NCBI GenBank assembly: GCA_963785305.1 | Contig: CAWAUV010000004.1 | Location: forward strand, 32,001-96,000 | DNA: 64,000 nucleotides | Origin: an uncultured Planctomycetaceae bacterium | GTDB taxonomy: Bacteria > Planctomycetota > Planctomycetia > Pirellulales > PALSA-1355 | Direction: 5' to 3' | The notes under the pieces: generated by a model | Seen by the model: the letters and a program-made list of their open reading frames with translations, nothing else | What the model was told of the DNA's origin: nothing | The model's database searches: none | Translations under genes and position numbers: made by a program | In this document: piece by piece, positions 31,172 to 42,038 of the stretch | Layout: the number at the start of each line of letters is the position of its first letter | Position numbering within the stretch: the first letter of the stretch is position 1

Positions 31172-32496
31172 TCAGCGAGTGGTGGTCGTGCTCGGGGGAG
31201 CCGCGACCATCACCGGCCCGGCCCGCTTCGAGTGTGGCAGAAGTTTTTCGACCCAGGCGAACGGTGGCGTGGGCGAATCGGGCAGGCCCTTGGCCGCATC
31301 GACCTTGGCCTGGGCGTCGACGGCGAGCTTCGTGCCGGGATACTCGGAGACCACGTTTTTGAAATGCGTTTTCGCGGCGCCGTAGTACTTCGTGTTGAAG
31401 TAGTATTCGCCCATTCGGAACTCGCGGAGGGCAAATTGAGCCTGAATCTCGGCTCGCACCTCCTTGATCCGCTCGCGTTCGGCGCCCAGGTCGCGATCGA
31501 ATTGCGTGAGCAACTGCTCGGCCACGTCGTCGGATTCCTCGAGCGGCGCGTCCGTATAAACCGGGCCTTGGTAGCGGCGCAGCTTGGCTTGCAGGCCGAA
31601 GTAATGAGCGTTGAACTGATGTTCGCTCTTCGGATGGTCGCGGCGGAGCATCGTGTAGTAGTGGTCGGCGTCTTCCCAGTGCCCGTGGGTAAAGTGGAAG
31701 TTGGCCACGGCGAAGACGGAATCGTCGGCCAGCGGACCTTTCAAATCATTGATCCAGATGCTTTCGTAGCATTTGATCGCATGGCCGGCGGTGTCGAAAT
31801 GCGGCTGGCTCTTGTCGCGAAAGTTCGGCGTGATCGGCCAGTGCGGATGTTCGTCGTATTTGGCTTCCCAATAGCGGGCAATGGCGAACCGCCGCGACCA
31901 GACACTATCGAGCCGCGATGAGCCGGCGTATTTCTTGACGAGCATCGCGTAGGTGTCGTCGCTCTTGGGATACTCCTTGGCGAAGAAGTGTGACTCGGCG
32001 GCGAAAAAGAGACCGTCTTCCTCGAGCGGCGAATCGGGCCAGCGGTCGTAGGCGATCTCGAATTTCTTGGCGGCCTCGGCATACTTCTGGGCCCGATAGA
32101 GCGACTCGCCGTCGGCGAAGGCCGCCTTGGCCAAGGCTTCGTTGGGCCCCCGACCGACGAGCTTCTTGAACCGGGCGATGTTGTTGTCGAGCGACAAATA
32201 CTTGGCCCAGGGGCCATCGCGGCCATCGTCTTCGATGGCGCGCGGATCGGCGCTTTCTTGTCCTTGATCGGGCGTCCTTCCTCGTCGAAGAAGCCCGAGG
32301 TGCCCTCGACATACCAGCCGCGGCCGGGCACATAGCGGGCGCGCGCCCGATTGGCGTCCCAGAAGGCTTCTTGCTCGGGCGTGAGCGGGGCATCAACGAG
32401 CTCGTTCTCCGAGGGCTTTTTGTTGAACATCGCGCAGCCGCTCACGCCCACCCCCAGGCTCACGGCAATCAGCAACAACAAAAAACGCGACGCCAT
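31172..32496 (-). CDS. BamD-like TPR lipoprotein (frameshift near 32200)
   Basis: GVSGC lipobox; TPR repeats with WPDSPLEED, YPGT; GEYYF..KYYGAA. Confidence 0.8.
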
Positions 32497-32560
32497 TACG
32501 CAGTTTCTACAAAAAGGAACGCCGACGAGAAGAAAACCAACCGTGCCCGGAATTGACGGG

Positions 32561-32605
32561 CCACGGTTCGCAAGCCCACGGTTCGCAAGCCCACGGTTCG
32601 CAAGC
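32561..32605. repeat. Tandem repeat, 3 x 15 bp
   Basis: CCACGGTTCGCAAGC x3 perfect, intergenic recO-bamD. Confidence 0.9.
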
Positions 32606-32650
32606 GCGATCGCGAGTGGCGCCCGGCGGCCTCGAGCTTGGGCGCCGCGC

Positions 32651-33400
32651 TCAATCGCCGAGCTTCAAATAGCGGTGCATCCGCGGCCGGTGGCCGAGCA
32701 TGTGCGTGATATACCGGGCCACCAGGTTTCGCGCTTCGGCGAAGAGCGCTCGGTCGGGCTTCGGCAGTGGTTCGTTTTCCTCGGCCAGCGACCAGGCGTC
32801 GAGCAGGAGCAGCGTCTCGCCGCGCGTGGCCACGAGGCCCCGATGGCCCGGCCGACAATTCGCGCAGAGCACTCCACCGGCCACGAAGCCAAACGCAACG
32901 CGCTCGGCAGGCTCGACCGCTCGACCACATTCGACGCATTGTTTCCATGCGGGGAGATGACCCAGGCGACGCAGTAAAGTTAGTTCGAAGCGAAGCGTCG
33001 CCTCGGCCGCGACACCCGGCTCGGCCAAGAGCGCGAGCGCGTGTCGGGCAGCGTCGAACGCTTCCGGATGCGGATCAAAATCGTCTGTCAGTTGGTCCAG
33101 GAGCTCCGCGACGTAATAGGCGGCATACAGCGCGGACAGATCGCCCTCGGATGGTCGGAATCGACGTTCGAGCTTGGCTTCGGTCACTAGGTTCAGGGCG
33201 TCTGATGATTTGCGGAGGAACACTATGCGACAGACGGCCAAGAGGTCAAGGGCAGACTCGAACGGACCTTTGAGCCTCCGTGCGCCCTTGGCCAGCCCGC
33301 GCACTTTGCCGAACTCGCGCGTGAATAAAGTGACAATGCTGCTCGTTTCGCTGAAGTCGATGCTGCGCAACACAATCGCGATAGCTTTCTCGGCCGACAT
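32651..33400 (-). CDS. recO: DNA repair protein RecO
   Basis: IVLRSIDFSETSSIVTLFTREFGKVRGLAKGARR; Zn finger CVECG...GGVLCANC. Confidence 0.95.
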   Translation of the reverse strand: MSAEKAIAIVLRSIDFSETSSIVTLFTREFGKVRGLAKGARRLKGPFESALDLLAVCRIVFLRKSSDALNLVTEAKLERRFRPSEGDLSALYAAYYVAELLDQLTDDFDPHPEAFDAARHALALLAEPGVAAEATLRFELTLLRRLGHLPAWKQCVECGRAVEPAERVAFGFVAGGVLCANCRPGHRGLVATRGETLLLLDAWSLAEENEPLPKPDRALFAEARNLVARYITHMLGHRPRMHRYLKLGD

Positions 33401-33449
33401 CGGTTCACGGTTCGTGTTGGTGAGGCAGCCCATGCCCAAGGGGCGAGGC

Positions 33450-33929
33450 TCACGCGGGCTTCAAGTGCGCATACTTGCCGCGCCAGTGCAGCAGCGGGGC
33501 CCCAGCGCCGATTTCGGTCCAAAGCACTTCGCCGATCACGATCGTGTGATCGCCGCCCGCGTGTCGCTCGACCACCCGGCAGCCCACGACCGAAAGGGCG
33601 CCCTCGAGCACCGGTGTGTCGAGCGGGCCGAGCTTATGGGCGCAGCTCGCGAACGGATCGACCTCGCGCTTGTTCGAAAAGCGGCGCGAGAGCGGCTCCT
33701 GATCGTGGGCCAGCATATTCACGGCAAAGGGCTGGCCGGTTGGCAATAGCGCATGCATGGTCACCCGATGATCGATGCATGCCAGCACTAGCGGTGGATG
33801 CAAACTCAGCGAGGTGAATGAAGTGACCGTCATGCCGCGGGGACCCGTGGCCGAGCCGGTCGTGAGCACCGAAACGCCGGCCGCCGAATGGCCCAAGGCA
33901 TGTCGAAATTCCTCCGCGGTGACACTCAT
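33450..33929 (-). CDS. Flavin reductase family protein
   Basis: FRHALG, GMTVTSFTSLSLHPPLV, GGDHTIVIGEV. Confidence 0.93.
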   Translation of the reverse strand: MSVTAEEFRHALGHSAAGVSVLTTGSATGPRGMTVTSFTSLSLHPPLVLACIDHRVTMHALLPTGQPFAVNMLAHDQEPLSRRFSNKREVDPFASCAHKLGPLDTPVLEGALSVVGCRVVERHAGGDHTIVIGEVLWTEIGAGAPLLHWRGKYAHLKPA

Positions 33930-34088
33930 GCTTTCTCGCTCTTCGCTCGATGGAAAAACCACGCGTCTCCGCGGCTCGCAATGACGATGCCCACGGTATT
34001 TGCCATCGTACGCGGCCCCCCGCGGGCGACACAAGGCGGCATCGTCGCGGCGGTGGCGGCGCCCGGCTGAACTGCCGCGAGCCAGCGC

Positions 34089-34799
34089 TCACGCGGGCAA
34101 TCGCGCCATGTCGACGATCTCGCTCCAGGCCGAATCGAGCGGAGCGGTCACGCGATGGCGAACGCGCGTCATCGGGTGCTCGAACTCCAGCTCGCGAGCA
34201 TGGAGCGCGATCGGCCGCAGCCGCCAGTCGTCGAGCCGTGGTCCGAATAGCGTTTCGGCGCCGTAGAGCTCGTCGCCCAGCACCGCGTGGCCGCGCGAAG
34301 CGGCTTGCACTCGCACCTGATGCGTGCGACCGGTTTCGAGCTCGATCTCGAGCAGGCTGCCCGCGGCATGTTCGCCCAGAGTGCGATAGCGAAGCACGGC
34401 GGGCTTGGCGCCGGGTTCTTCGGCCGCGACCACTCGCGAGCGCGGCTGGCCATAGACTTTGAGCAGGTGATCGGTCCACACGCCTTCGGCCGGCGCGACC
34501 CGGCCCTCGACCGCCGCCCAGTAAATTTTGCGCACCGTGCGGGCTTCGAACTGCCGCGAGAGCCAACGGGCCGCGCGAACATGCTTGGCAAAGACCATGG
34601 CGCCCGACACCGGCCGATCGAGCCGATGTGGCACGGCCAAATACACATTCCCAGGCTTCGACTCGCGATCTTTGAGAAACTGCTTGATGCGAATCTCGAG
34701 GCTATCGATGCCCGGTGGAGCTTGCGTGGCGACGCCCGCCGGCTTGGCGACCACGAGCACCGGTCCATCTTCCAACAGAATTTCGAAACCGGCGGGCAT
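34089..34799 (-). CDS. RluA-family pseudouridine synthase
   Basis: KPAG, HRLDRPVSG, TGRTHQVRV, GDELYG, LHA. Confidence 0.95.
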   Translation of the reverse strand: MPAGFEILLEDGPVLVVAKPAGVATQAPPGIDSLEIRIKQFLKDRESKPGNVYLAVPHRLDRPVSGAMVFAKHVRAARWLSRQFEARTVRKIYWAAVEGRVAPAEGVWTDHLLKVYGQPRSRVVAAEEPGAKPAVLRYRTLGEHAAGSLLEIELETGRTHQVRVQAASRGHAVLGDELYGAETLFGPRLDDWRLRPIALHARELEFEHPMTRVRHRVTAPLDSAWSEIVDMARLPA

Positions 34800-34892
34800 G
34801 GCAGTGAAGGCGGGCAAAATGGGTGGAGTAAATTTGAATCGATAATCCACGGAGTTCTGGAAGTTGCATGGCTGGCGGCCGAAGCTCGCCGC

Positions 34893-35558
34893 TCAGGCGT
34901 CGTTGAGCGTTTTGCTTGCCGCTCGGCTCAATGTCACCCGGCGAAGCGGCAATCCTAGCGCATCGGCAAGCCGCTCGGCGGCCGACCTATTGAAGGCGAC
35001 CGATTCCAACTCGCCGAAAATGCCAAGATGCTCGAATTGTCCATCGGGCCGCGCGAGCAATCGCGCCGGTCCGCCAACTTTGTTGCCGATATGCGGGCGC
35101 AAACGCGAGACATAAGTAATCGCGATGAGCTCGTCTTGGGCGATCGTTCGGCCATGGGCGGGGAGTTCCAAGCGACCGGTTCTCTTGTCGAGCCGGAAGT
35201 AATCGCCCTTGGCGGCAAAACGGTCGTGCATGTGTCCAAACAGCACGATCATCGCCGGCACGACGACCAGCCCATACCCTCCGAAGATCACATAAAAATC
35301 CTTTTCGCGCCCGCCGAAGTCGCCGCCGAACAGCGGTATCCACCACGGCGCGGCCATGATGACCGTGAACGTAAGAATCAACCAAGGGACCACGAATTTC
35401 ATGGGAATCAGACGTGGTCGCGCAATCAGCCGCTCAGCGGTTTCCTCGATTTTGACCGATTCCATGCAATCGCTATCGCCCAGCAGCCAAGCCAAGTCGG
35501 CGTCCGTGGGCAGGTGATCGAATCGCAGGCTCTTGACGGAAAAGGCTCTGATCGTCAT
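34893..35558 (-). CDS. Hypothetical membrane protein (start uncertain)
   Basis: Two TM segments, then FRLDKRTG and LADALGLPL. Confidence 0.55.
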   Translation of the reverse strand: MTIRAFSVKSLRFDHLPTDADLAWLLGDSDCMESVKIEETAERLIARPRLIPMKFVVPWLILTFTVIMAAPWWIPLFGGDFGGREKDFYVIFGGYGLVVVPAMIVLFGHMHDRFAAKGDYFRLDKRTGRLELPAHGRTIAQDELIAITYVSRLRPHIGNKVGGPARLLARPDGQFEHLGIFGELESVAFNRSAAERLADALGLPLRRVTLSRAASKTLNDA

Positions 35559-35639
35559 GAAAGCTATGGCTCGACGCCAATCCCCAAAAGCCACCAGCCG
35601 TTTCCTCGAAACCCCCGGTCCGAAGATCGACGATTCATT

Positions 35640-36257
35640 ATGCCGCCAAAACTGGTGCTCGGCACCTCGAACCGCAAGAAATTGATCGAACTGGGCGATC
35701 TGCTCGCGCCGCTCGGACTCGAGCTCGTCGCTTTGGCCGACCTGCCGCGAGCGATCGCGGTCGAGGAGACCGGCGATTCGTTTGCCGCCAATGCCCGGCT
35801 CAAGGCCGTCGAACAAGCCCGAAATTTGAAATGCTGGGTGCTGGCCGAGGATAGCGGGCTCGCGGTCAACGCGCTCGACGGAGCGCCCGGCGTGTATTCG
35901 GCCCGCATTTCCGGGCCCACGGCCACCGACGCCAAGAACAACGCCTGGCTCTTGGAGCGACTAGCGAACACTCCGACCGAGCGCCGCGGCGCCCATTATG
36001 TCTGCCACGCCGCGCTCGCCGATCCCACGGGCATGGTGCGGGCCGAGAGCGAAGCGATCTGCCGCGGGCGAATTCGTCGCGAGTTTTCCGGTTCCGCCGG
36101 CTTCGGCTACGATCCGCTCTTCGAAGTGCTCGAATACCACCGTACCTTTGGCGAATTGGGCGACGCGGTGAAAGCGGCAATCAGCCATCGGGCCCGAGCG
36201 ATCCGCCAGCTTGTGCCGCGGCTCGCTGAGTTGCTGGCCGGTGGCGATTGGAGTTGA
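35640..36257 (+). CDS. rdgB: Non-canonical purine NTP pyrophosphatase (HAM1/RdgB)
   Basis: TSNRKK, EETGDSFAANARLKA, EDSGL, GFGYDPLF, ISHRARA. Confidence 0.95.
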   Translation: MPPKLVLGTSNRKKLIELGDLLAPLGLELVALADLPRAIAVEETGDSFAANARLKAVEQARNLKCWVLAEDSGLAVNALDGAPGVYSARISGPTATDAKNNAWLLERLANTPTERRGAHYVCHAALADPTGMVRAESEAICRGRIRREFSGSAGFGYDPLFEVLEYHRTFGELGDAVKAAISHRARAIRQLVPRLAELLAGGDWS

Positions 36258-36289
36258 AGCGAACGGTTCACTCCCCCGGTAGACGATTC

Positions 36290-36973
36290 ATGTGCGGCCG
36301 CTACACGCTGAAAACAAGTCCGCAAGCGGTGGCCGAGGCGTTTGGCTTGGCCGACATGCCGCTTTTCACTCCGCGCTACAATATCGCACCCACGCAGTTG
36401 GTGGCCACCGTTTCGCTCGACCGGGGGCGACGCGCACTTTACTGGCGGCGGTGGGGGCTCGTGCCCTCGTGGGCCGACGATCCGGCGATCGGCAATCGGC
36501 TCATCAATGCCCGGGCCGACACCGTGGCCGATAAGCCTTCGTTTCGCGGGGCTTTTAAGAAACAACGCTGCCTGATCGTGGCCGATGGGTTCTATGAATG
36601 GAAAAAGATCGGCAAGACCAAGCAGCCGTATTACGTTCGCATGCGCGATGGCCGGCCGTTCGGCTTCGCCGGCTTGGCCGAAAATTGGCGCCGGGGCGAA
36701 CTGGCGATCGATTCCTGTTCACTGATCACCACCGAACCCAATTCGGTGATGGCCGCCATCCACGACCGCATGCCGGTGATCCTGCCGCCCGACCAGTGGC
36801 CGATCTGGCTTGATCCGACATTCGAGGACCGCGCGAAACTGCTGGCGATGCTACGACCGTATCTGGCCGACGACTTGATCGCGTCGCCGGTGGGCATGAC
36901 CGTGAACAACCCGAGAAACGAAGGCCCGGGCTGCATTGAAGAGCGGCCCGAACTCGCGCCGGAAACCATGTGA
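36290..36973 (+). CDS. SOS response-associated peptidase (SRAP/HMCES/YedK)
   Basis: N-terminal MCGRY, RYNIAPTQ, INARADT, GFYEW, HDRMPVIL. Confidence 0.95.
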   Translation: MCGRYTLKTSPQAVAEAFGLADMPLFTPRYNIAPTQLVATVSLDRGRRALYWRRWGLVPSWADDPAIGNRLINARADTVADKPSFRGAFKKQRCLIVADGFYEWKKIGKTKQPYYVRMRDGRPFGFAGLAENWRRGELAIDSCSLITTEPNSVMAAIHDRMPVILPPDQWPIWLDPTFEDRAKLLAMLRPYLADDLIASPVGMTVNNPRNEGPGCIEERPELAPETM

Positions 36974-37007
36974 TCGCGCCGGTCCGCTGATCCGTCGCGC
37001 GTGCCGC

Positions 37008-37352
37008 TCAGCCGGGCGGCCAGCTCAGGTCGCGACCGGCCAGCAAGTGGAAATGCAAATGATCGACCGACTGACCGGCGTCGCGGCCGTGGTTGACCAC
37101 CACCCGGTAACCGGCCTCATCGACTCCCAAGCTCCGCGCGAGCCGGCCGATCGTGAGGAACATATGACCCACGAGCGCGGCGTCGGCTTCGGTCAGCTCG
37201 GCCATCGACGCGATTTCTTTCTTGGGAATCACGAGCACATGCACCGGCGCTTGCGGATTCACATCGTGAAAGGCGAGGCATAGCGGATCGTCGTGAATGA
37301 TCTTGGCCGGAATCTCGCCATCGATGATCCGTTTGAAGATCGTTTTGGCCAT
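37008..37352 (-). CDS. hinT: Histidine triad nucleotide-binding protein
   Basis: IFKRIIDGEIP, PQAPVHVLVIPK, HLHFH. Confidence 0.95.
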   Translation of the reverse strand: MAKTIFKRIIDGEIPAKIIHDDPLCLAFHDVNPQAPVHVLVIPKKEIASMAELTEADAALVGHMFLTIGRLARSLGVDEAGYRVVVNHGRDAGQSVDHLHFHLLAGRDLSWPPG

Positions 37353-37406
37353 GCTGCGATGTTCCTTTCCAAGAGCCTGCCGCGGGCGATGGGAGGTTTT
37401 CGCGTG

Positions 37407-37688
37407 TCAGGCGCCCGCCGGTTCGGCGCCCGGCGCGAGCTGCGAGAGCGGAATGCCTTCGTCGATGAGCATCAGCGGAATGCGATCGACCACCGGATAG
37501 GCCACCATGCGATCCGTCCGCACCAGCGCGCCCTCGAGCGGATAACCGACCGCTTGGCCGGCGCGATTCTTCAGCAGGCCGGCCCGGGCGGCGGTGTTCA
37601 TCGATTCGAGGAGCGTCTGATCGGCCACGACGAGCGCCATCCGGCTTTCGGGGCAAACAAGAAACGAGAGCGGATCGGCTGGCGCCAT
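37407..37688 (-). CDS. Trm112-family protein
   Basis: LVCPES...AYPVVDRIPLMLIDEGI. Confidence 0.85.
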   Translation of the reverse strand: MAPADPLSFLVCPESRMALVVADQTLLESMNTAARAGLLKNRAGQAVGYPLEGALVRTDRMVAYPVVDRIPLMLIDEGIPLSQLAPGAEPAGA

Positions 37689-37800
37689 CGATGGGAACCC
37701 CTCGCGAAACGTGCAAAGAAAAAATTTCCGCCGAAGCCACTCGGCCCTGGCGGGTTGAGCGCGAGGCCGAGCTGCGTGGGGCGATCGCGTGTCAAAAAGT

Positions 37801-39275
37801 CTAGCCGTTGAGCTTGACGGTCACGGTTTTCAATTCGGTGTAGTGTTCGAGCGCCGCTTCGCCGTTTTCGCGGCCCAGGCCCGACATTTTGAAACCGCCA
37901 AAGGGCGTGGTGGCGTCGACCACATGGTAGCAGTTGACCCACACGGTGCCGGCTTTGACATGCTTGGCGAACAAATGCGCCTTGTCGATGTCCTTGGTCC
38001 ACACGGCGGCGGCGAGGCCATAGTTCGTGTCGTTGGCTCGCTCCGAAACTTCGGCCATGCTCTCAAAGGGCAGCACGCTGACGACCGGTCCAAAAATCTC
38101 GTCGCGCACGATTGCCATATCGTCGCGCACTTGGTCGAAGATCGTCGGCTCGACGAAGAATCCGCGATCGCCCACGCGCTGGCCGCCGGTCACCAGCTTG
38201 GCGCCTTGCTTTTGCCCAAGCTCGACATAGCCGAGAATCTTGTCGAGTTGCTCTTGCGACACTTGCGGGCCTTGTTCGCTGCGCTCGTCGCGCGGGTCGC
38301 CCACTTGGCGCTGCTTGGCCTTGGCGGCGAGCCGCTCGACGAATTCGCGATGGATTTTCTTTTCGACGAATAGCCGGCTGCCGGCGGTGCAGCACTGACC
38401 GCCGTGGAAATAGATCGCGTGGAAGGCGCCGGCCACGGCGTCGTCGAGATTGGCGTCGGCGAAGATCACATTGGGACTCTTGCCGCCCAGTTCGAAGGTC
38501 ACGCGTTTGAGCGTGTCGGCCGTGGTCTTTTGAATGATCTTGGCGGTGTCGACATGGCCCGTGAAGGCGATTTTGTCGATGCCCGGATGCGCGCACATGG
38601 CGGCGCCGGCGGTTTCGCCCAAGCCGTTGACGATATTGATCACGCCGGCCGGGAAGCCAGCTTCCACGGCGAGCCGCCCCAGCACGAGCGCGGTGAGCGG
38701 AGTTTGCTCGGCGGGCTTGAGCACCACGGCGTTGCCGCAGGCCAGGGCCGGTCCCCATTTCCAGGCCAGCATCAAGAGCGGAAAGTTCCAGGGAATAATC
38801 TGCCCAACGACGCCGACCGGCTGACGGAGCGTGTACGAGAAAAAGCCGCCGCGAACCGGCACCGTGCGGCCCTCGATCTTATCGGCCCAGCCGCCGTAGT
38901 AACGCAGTGTGTTGCACACTCCGCCGAGATCGCCGCGCGAGTCGCTGATCGTTTTTCCGGAGTTGTACGATTCGAGTCGGGCCAGCTCCTCGCCCTGTTC
39001 CTCCACGAGGTCGGCTAGGCGAAAGAGCAGCTTGCCGCGATCGGCCGCGTCCAAGTCGCGCCACTCGGGCGAGCTCGAGCCCGTCGAGCTGCTTTGACCG
39101 CCTTGTCCACGTCCTTGGCCCCACCGGCGGCGACGCTCGCAATCACTTCGCCGGTCGCCGGATTCAAGGTGTCGAACGAGCCGCCTTCGACCGGATCGAC
39201 CCATTGATTGTTGATCAAGAGTCGCGTCTCGCGAATTTTGGGCGTCGCTTTGGCGCCGAGCGTGGCTTGAGTCAT
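37801..39275 (-). CDS. Aldehyde dehydrogenase (frameshift near 39080)
   Basis: [39 protein letters not shown]. Confidence 0.95.
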
Positions 39276-39624
39276 GGGTGAGCCTCACTTGGGGGAATGA
39301 GAAGCGGTCGAAGGTGGCGGCGCGATGGTTTCGGGAGTATCGCGACTCCAGTGTTGAATTCGCTTGCCGGTCACCGCGGGTGGCCTAGCGAGCGCACGAA
39401 ATTCTACCGCCCAGCCCAGGCGAATTACAGGGGGCGAGGCGCCGTGGCGAAAAGCCATCGCGCGGTCGGGCAATGAGGCATTGCTCCGGCCGCCCCCATT
39501 CAAGCGAGATAGTTGATTCACCGCCGCGCCGCGGCTAACGTGATGGCTGTCTCGCCGTAGTCGCTTGGCGATCGTTTCCCCCCGCGAGTCGCCGCAGCGC
39601 GCCTCCACATCGAAAGGCTCCGTC

Positions 39625-40254
39625 ATGACCCGCTCTTGGTTGCTAGGGCTCCTCGCGATTTTTCTCGGTGTCTCGGTCCACGCCGCGGAGCCGCCCGCTT
39701 GGAAAGAATTGTTCGACGGCCATTCGCTCGTGGGCTGGGAAGGCAACGAGCAGGTGTTTCGCGTCGAGCAAGGCGCGATCGTCGGCGGCAATCTCGCCAC
39801 GAAGCTCGACCACAATGAATTTCTCGCCACCAGGGCCGCGTTTGGCGACTTCGAACTGCGGCTGAAATTCAAAGTGCGCGGCGAGAAGGTCAACGCCGGC
39901 ATTCAATTTCGCAGCCATCGCCTTCCGGGCGGCCCGCATGTGAGCGGTTTTCAAGCCGACCTGGGCGAAGGTTATTGGGGGTCGCTCTATGATGAATCGC
40001 GCCGCAACAAGACCCTCGCGCGGCCCGACGCCGAAGCGGTGAAAAAAGTGCTCCGCCCCGGCGATTGGAATGAATACGTGATCCGTGCCCAGGGGCCGCA
40101 TATCCAACTGTGGATCAATGGGCTGCAAACCGTGGACTACAAGGAGACCGACCCGGCGATCGCGCCGCGGGGAATCATTGCATTGCAAATCCACGCCGGT
40201 CCGCCGGCCGAGGCGTGGTACAAAGATATCGAAATCCGCGAACTACCGAATTAA
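39625..40254 (+). CDS. DUF1080 (3-keto-disaccharide hydrolase-like) secreted protein
   Basis: Signal peptide; LFDGHSLVGW, NAGIQFR, GDWNEY, GIIALQIH. Confidence 0.9.
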   Translation: MTRSWLLGLLAIFLGVSVHAAEPPAWKELFDGHSLVGWEGNEQVFRVEQGAIVGGNLATKLDHNEFLATRAAFGDFELRLKFKVRGEKVNAGIQFRSHRLPGGPHVSGFQADLGEGYWGSLYDESRRNKTLARPDAEAVKKVLRPGDWNEYVIRAQGPHIQLWINGLQTVDYKETDPAIAPRGIIALQIHAGPPAEAWYKDIEIRELPN

Positions 40255-40281
40255 CCCCTCGAAGCGAAAAGGGCGAATCCA

Positions 40282-41627
40282 ATGGCGCCATGCGGACTGA
40301 ATCGAAATCACGGCGTCGCGCGGCGGTGGCGGTTGGGCACGCGCCGACTCGCGATTGGCGCCGCCATCGCTTTCGCGCTGCCTCTCGCGCTCGCGCGGCC
40401 GCGACCGACCCGCGCCGCGGAGGTCGAACCGGTCGCCAATCCCACGATCGTCGCCGCGATCCAGCCATTTGTCGATCGCCATGAAATCGCCGGCGCCGTG
40501 GCGCTCGTGACGACCAAAGACAAGCTTCTTTGCCTCGAGCCGATCGGCCGGGCCGATGTCGACGCGGGATCTCCAATGCGTGCCGATACCATGTTTTGGA
40601 TCGCCTCGATGACCAAGTCGCTCACCACCACGGCGATGATGATGCTCGTCGACGAAGGCAAGCTGGATATCAATGATCCGGTCGAGAAATATCTGCCCGA
40701 GTTCAAGAACGTGTTTTTCGCCGATCCGGCGAGTCCCGGTGGTCGTCGTGCGCCGCGGCATCCGGTCACCGTGCGCGAGCTGCTCGGCCACACGCACGGC
40801 ATGTCGCCGGCCAAGACGCAAAGCCTGTCGCTGGCCGATGACGTGGCGGCGTTCGTCGCCGAGCCGATGGAAGCCGAGCCGGGCACGCGCTACAAGTATT
40901 CCAATGTGAGCATGACCACCGGCGGACGCATCATCGAAGTGCTCGGCGGCATGGCCTATGCCGATTTTCTCCAGCAGCGGCTGCTTACTCCGCTCGGCAT
41001 GACCGACACCACGTTCTGGCCCAACGAAGCCCAAGTGGCTCGCCTCGCGCCACTTTCAAGCAAAAGGCCGATGGTTCGGGCATCGAGGACCTCACGCACC
41101 GAGTCGAGTTCCCCACCGGCCCCTTGGCGCCGCCGGCGCTCTTCTTGCAATATGGCGCACAAAATGTGGCGATTTACAGGAATCGCTATGCGCATCCCAG
41201 CGGCGGGTTGTACTCGACGGCCGATGACTTGATGCGCTTCTGCCGCATGGCGCTTGGTGGCGGCGTGGCCGATGGCAAACGCTATGTGTCCGAGGCATCG
41301 ATCCGGCTGATGACGTCGGTGCAAACCGGCGACGCTCCGGTGAGCCCGCTGGAAGCCTATGGCCTTGGCTGGTCGGTCGAGATCAAGGACGCACCCGGCC
41401 ATCCGCATGTGGGCAGCTACGGCCACCGCAGCACGCACAAGACGATGATGTGGATCGATCCCACGAGCGGACTGGCGATGATTTTGCTTTTGCAGAGCTT
41501 TGATCTACCGAATCCGGTGCAGAACAAGCTTTACGAGGCCTTCATCGGCGCCGCGGAATCGCTCGCGCCGGCAGCGCCCGCCGCGTCGCCCTCGCCTTCG
41601 GCCCGGGCGATGCGACTTGTGCGTTAG
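40282..41627 (+). CDS. Serine hydrolase, beta-lactamase family (frameshift near 41060)
   Basis: FWIASMTK (SxxK), YSN, LLGHTHG, GGLYSTADDL. Confidence 0.9.
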
Positions 41628-41945
41628 AGTTTTTCTTATCCCATTCGCGCAAAGAGCGCCTCGCCCGGATGCGATCTTGTGCTGTTCGGAGCCAAAGCCG
41701 GTGGCCCCCAGGCGGCGCCGCCAGCGTGGCCGCGTTCATGGCGGTCTGCCAAATTTTGCCCGCGCTGGACTCCGGACCAGAAAGGTTACGGGAGGCTCGC
41801 TGGGCATTCGGAGGAATCCATGGCCATGAGCAATCGTTCCCGTGTGGATGGAAGGCGGCGACACAACCACATTGGACGGCTTTTGCGTGAAATTGCGCAT
41901 CGGGGAAGATAGCGAACTTTCCGACGGCGCCAGCGCTTTCCCGCA

Positions 41946-42010
41946 ACGGCAAGCCCCGACGGCAAGCCCCGACGGCAAGCCCCGATGGCAAGCCCCGACG
42001 GCAAGCCGCA
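41946..42010. repeat. Tandem repeat, ~5 x 13 bp
   Basis: ACGGCAAGCCCCG units (one C>T variant, last copy degenerate). Confidence 0.9.
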
Positions 42011-42038
42011 AGGGCCACGCGCACTTTCACGGCATTCC

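Noticed and set aside
40282..41627. Antibiotic-resistance beta-lactamase
   Set aside because: SxxK/YxN family includes many esterases and peptidases; no class-specific evidence or mobile context
41946..42010. Short repeat arrays (also 32561, 50062) as CRISPR
   Set aside because: Head-to-tail 13-15-bp units with no unique spacers and no cas genes
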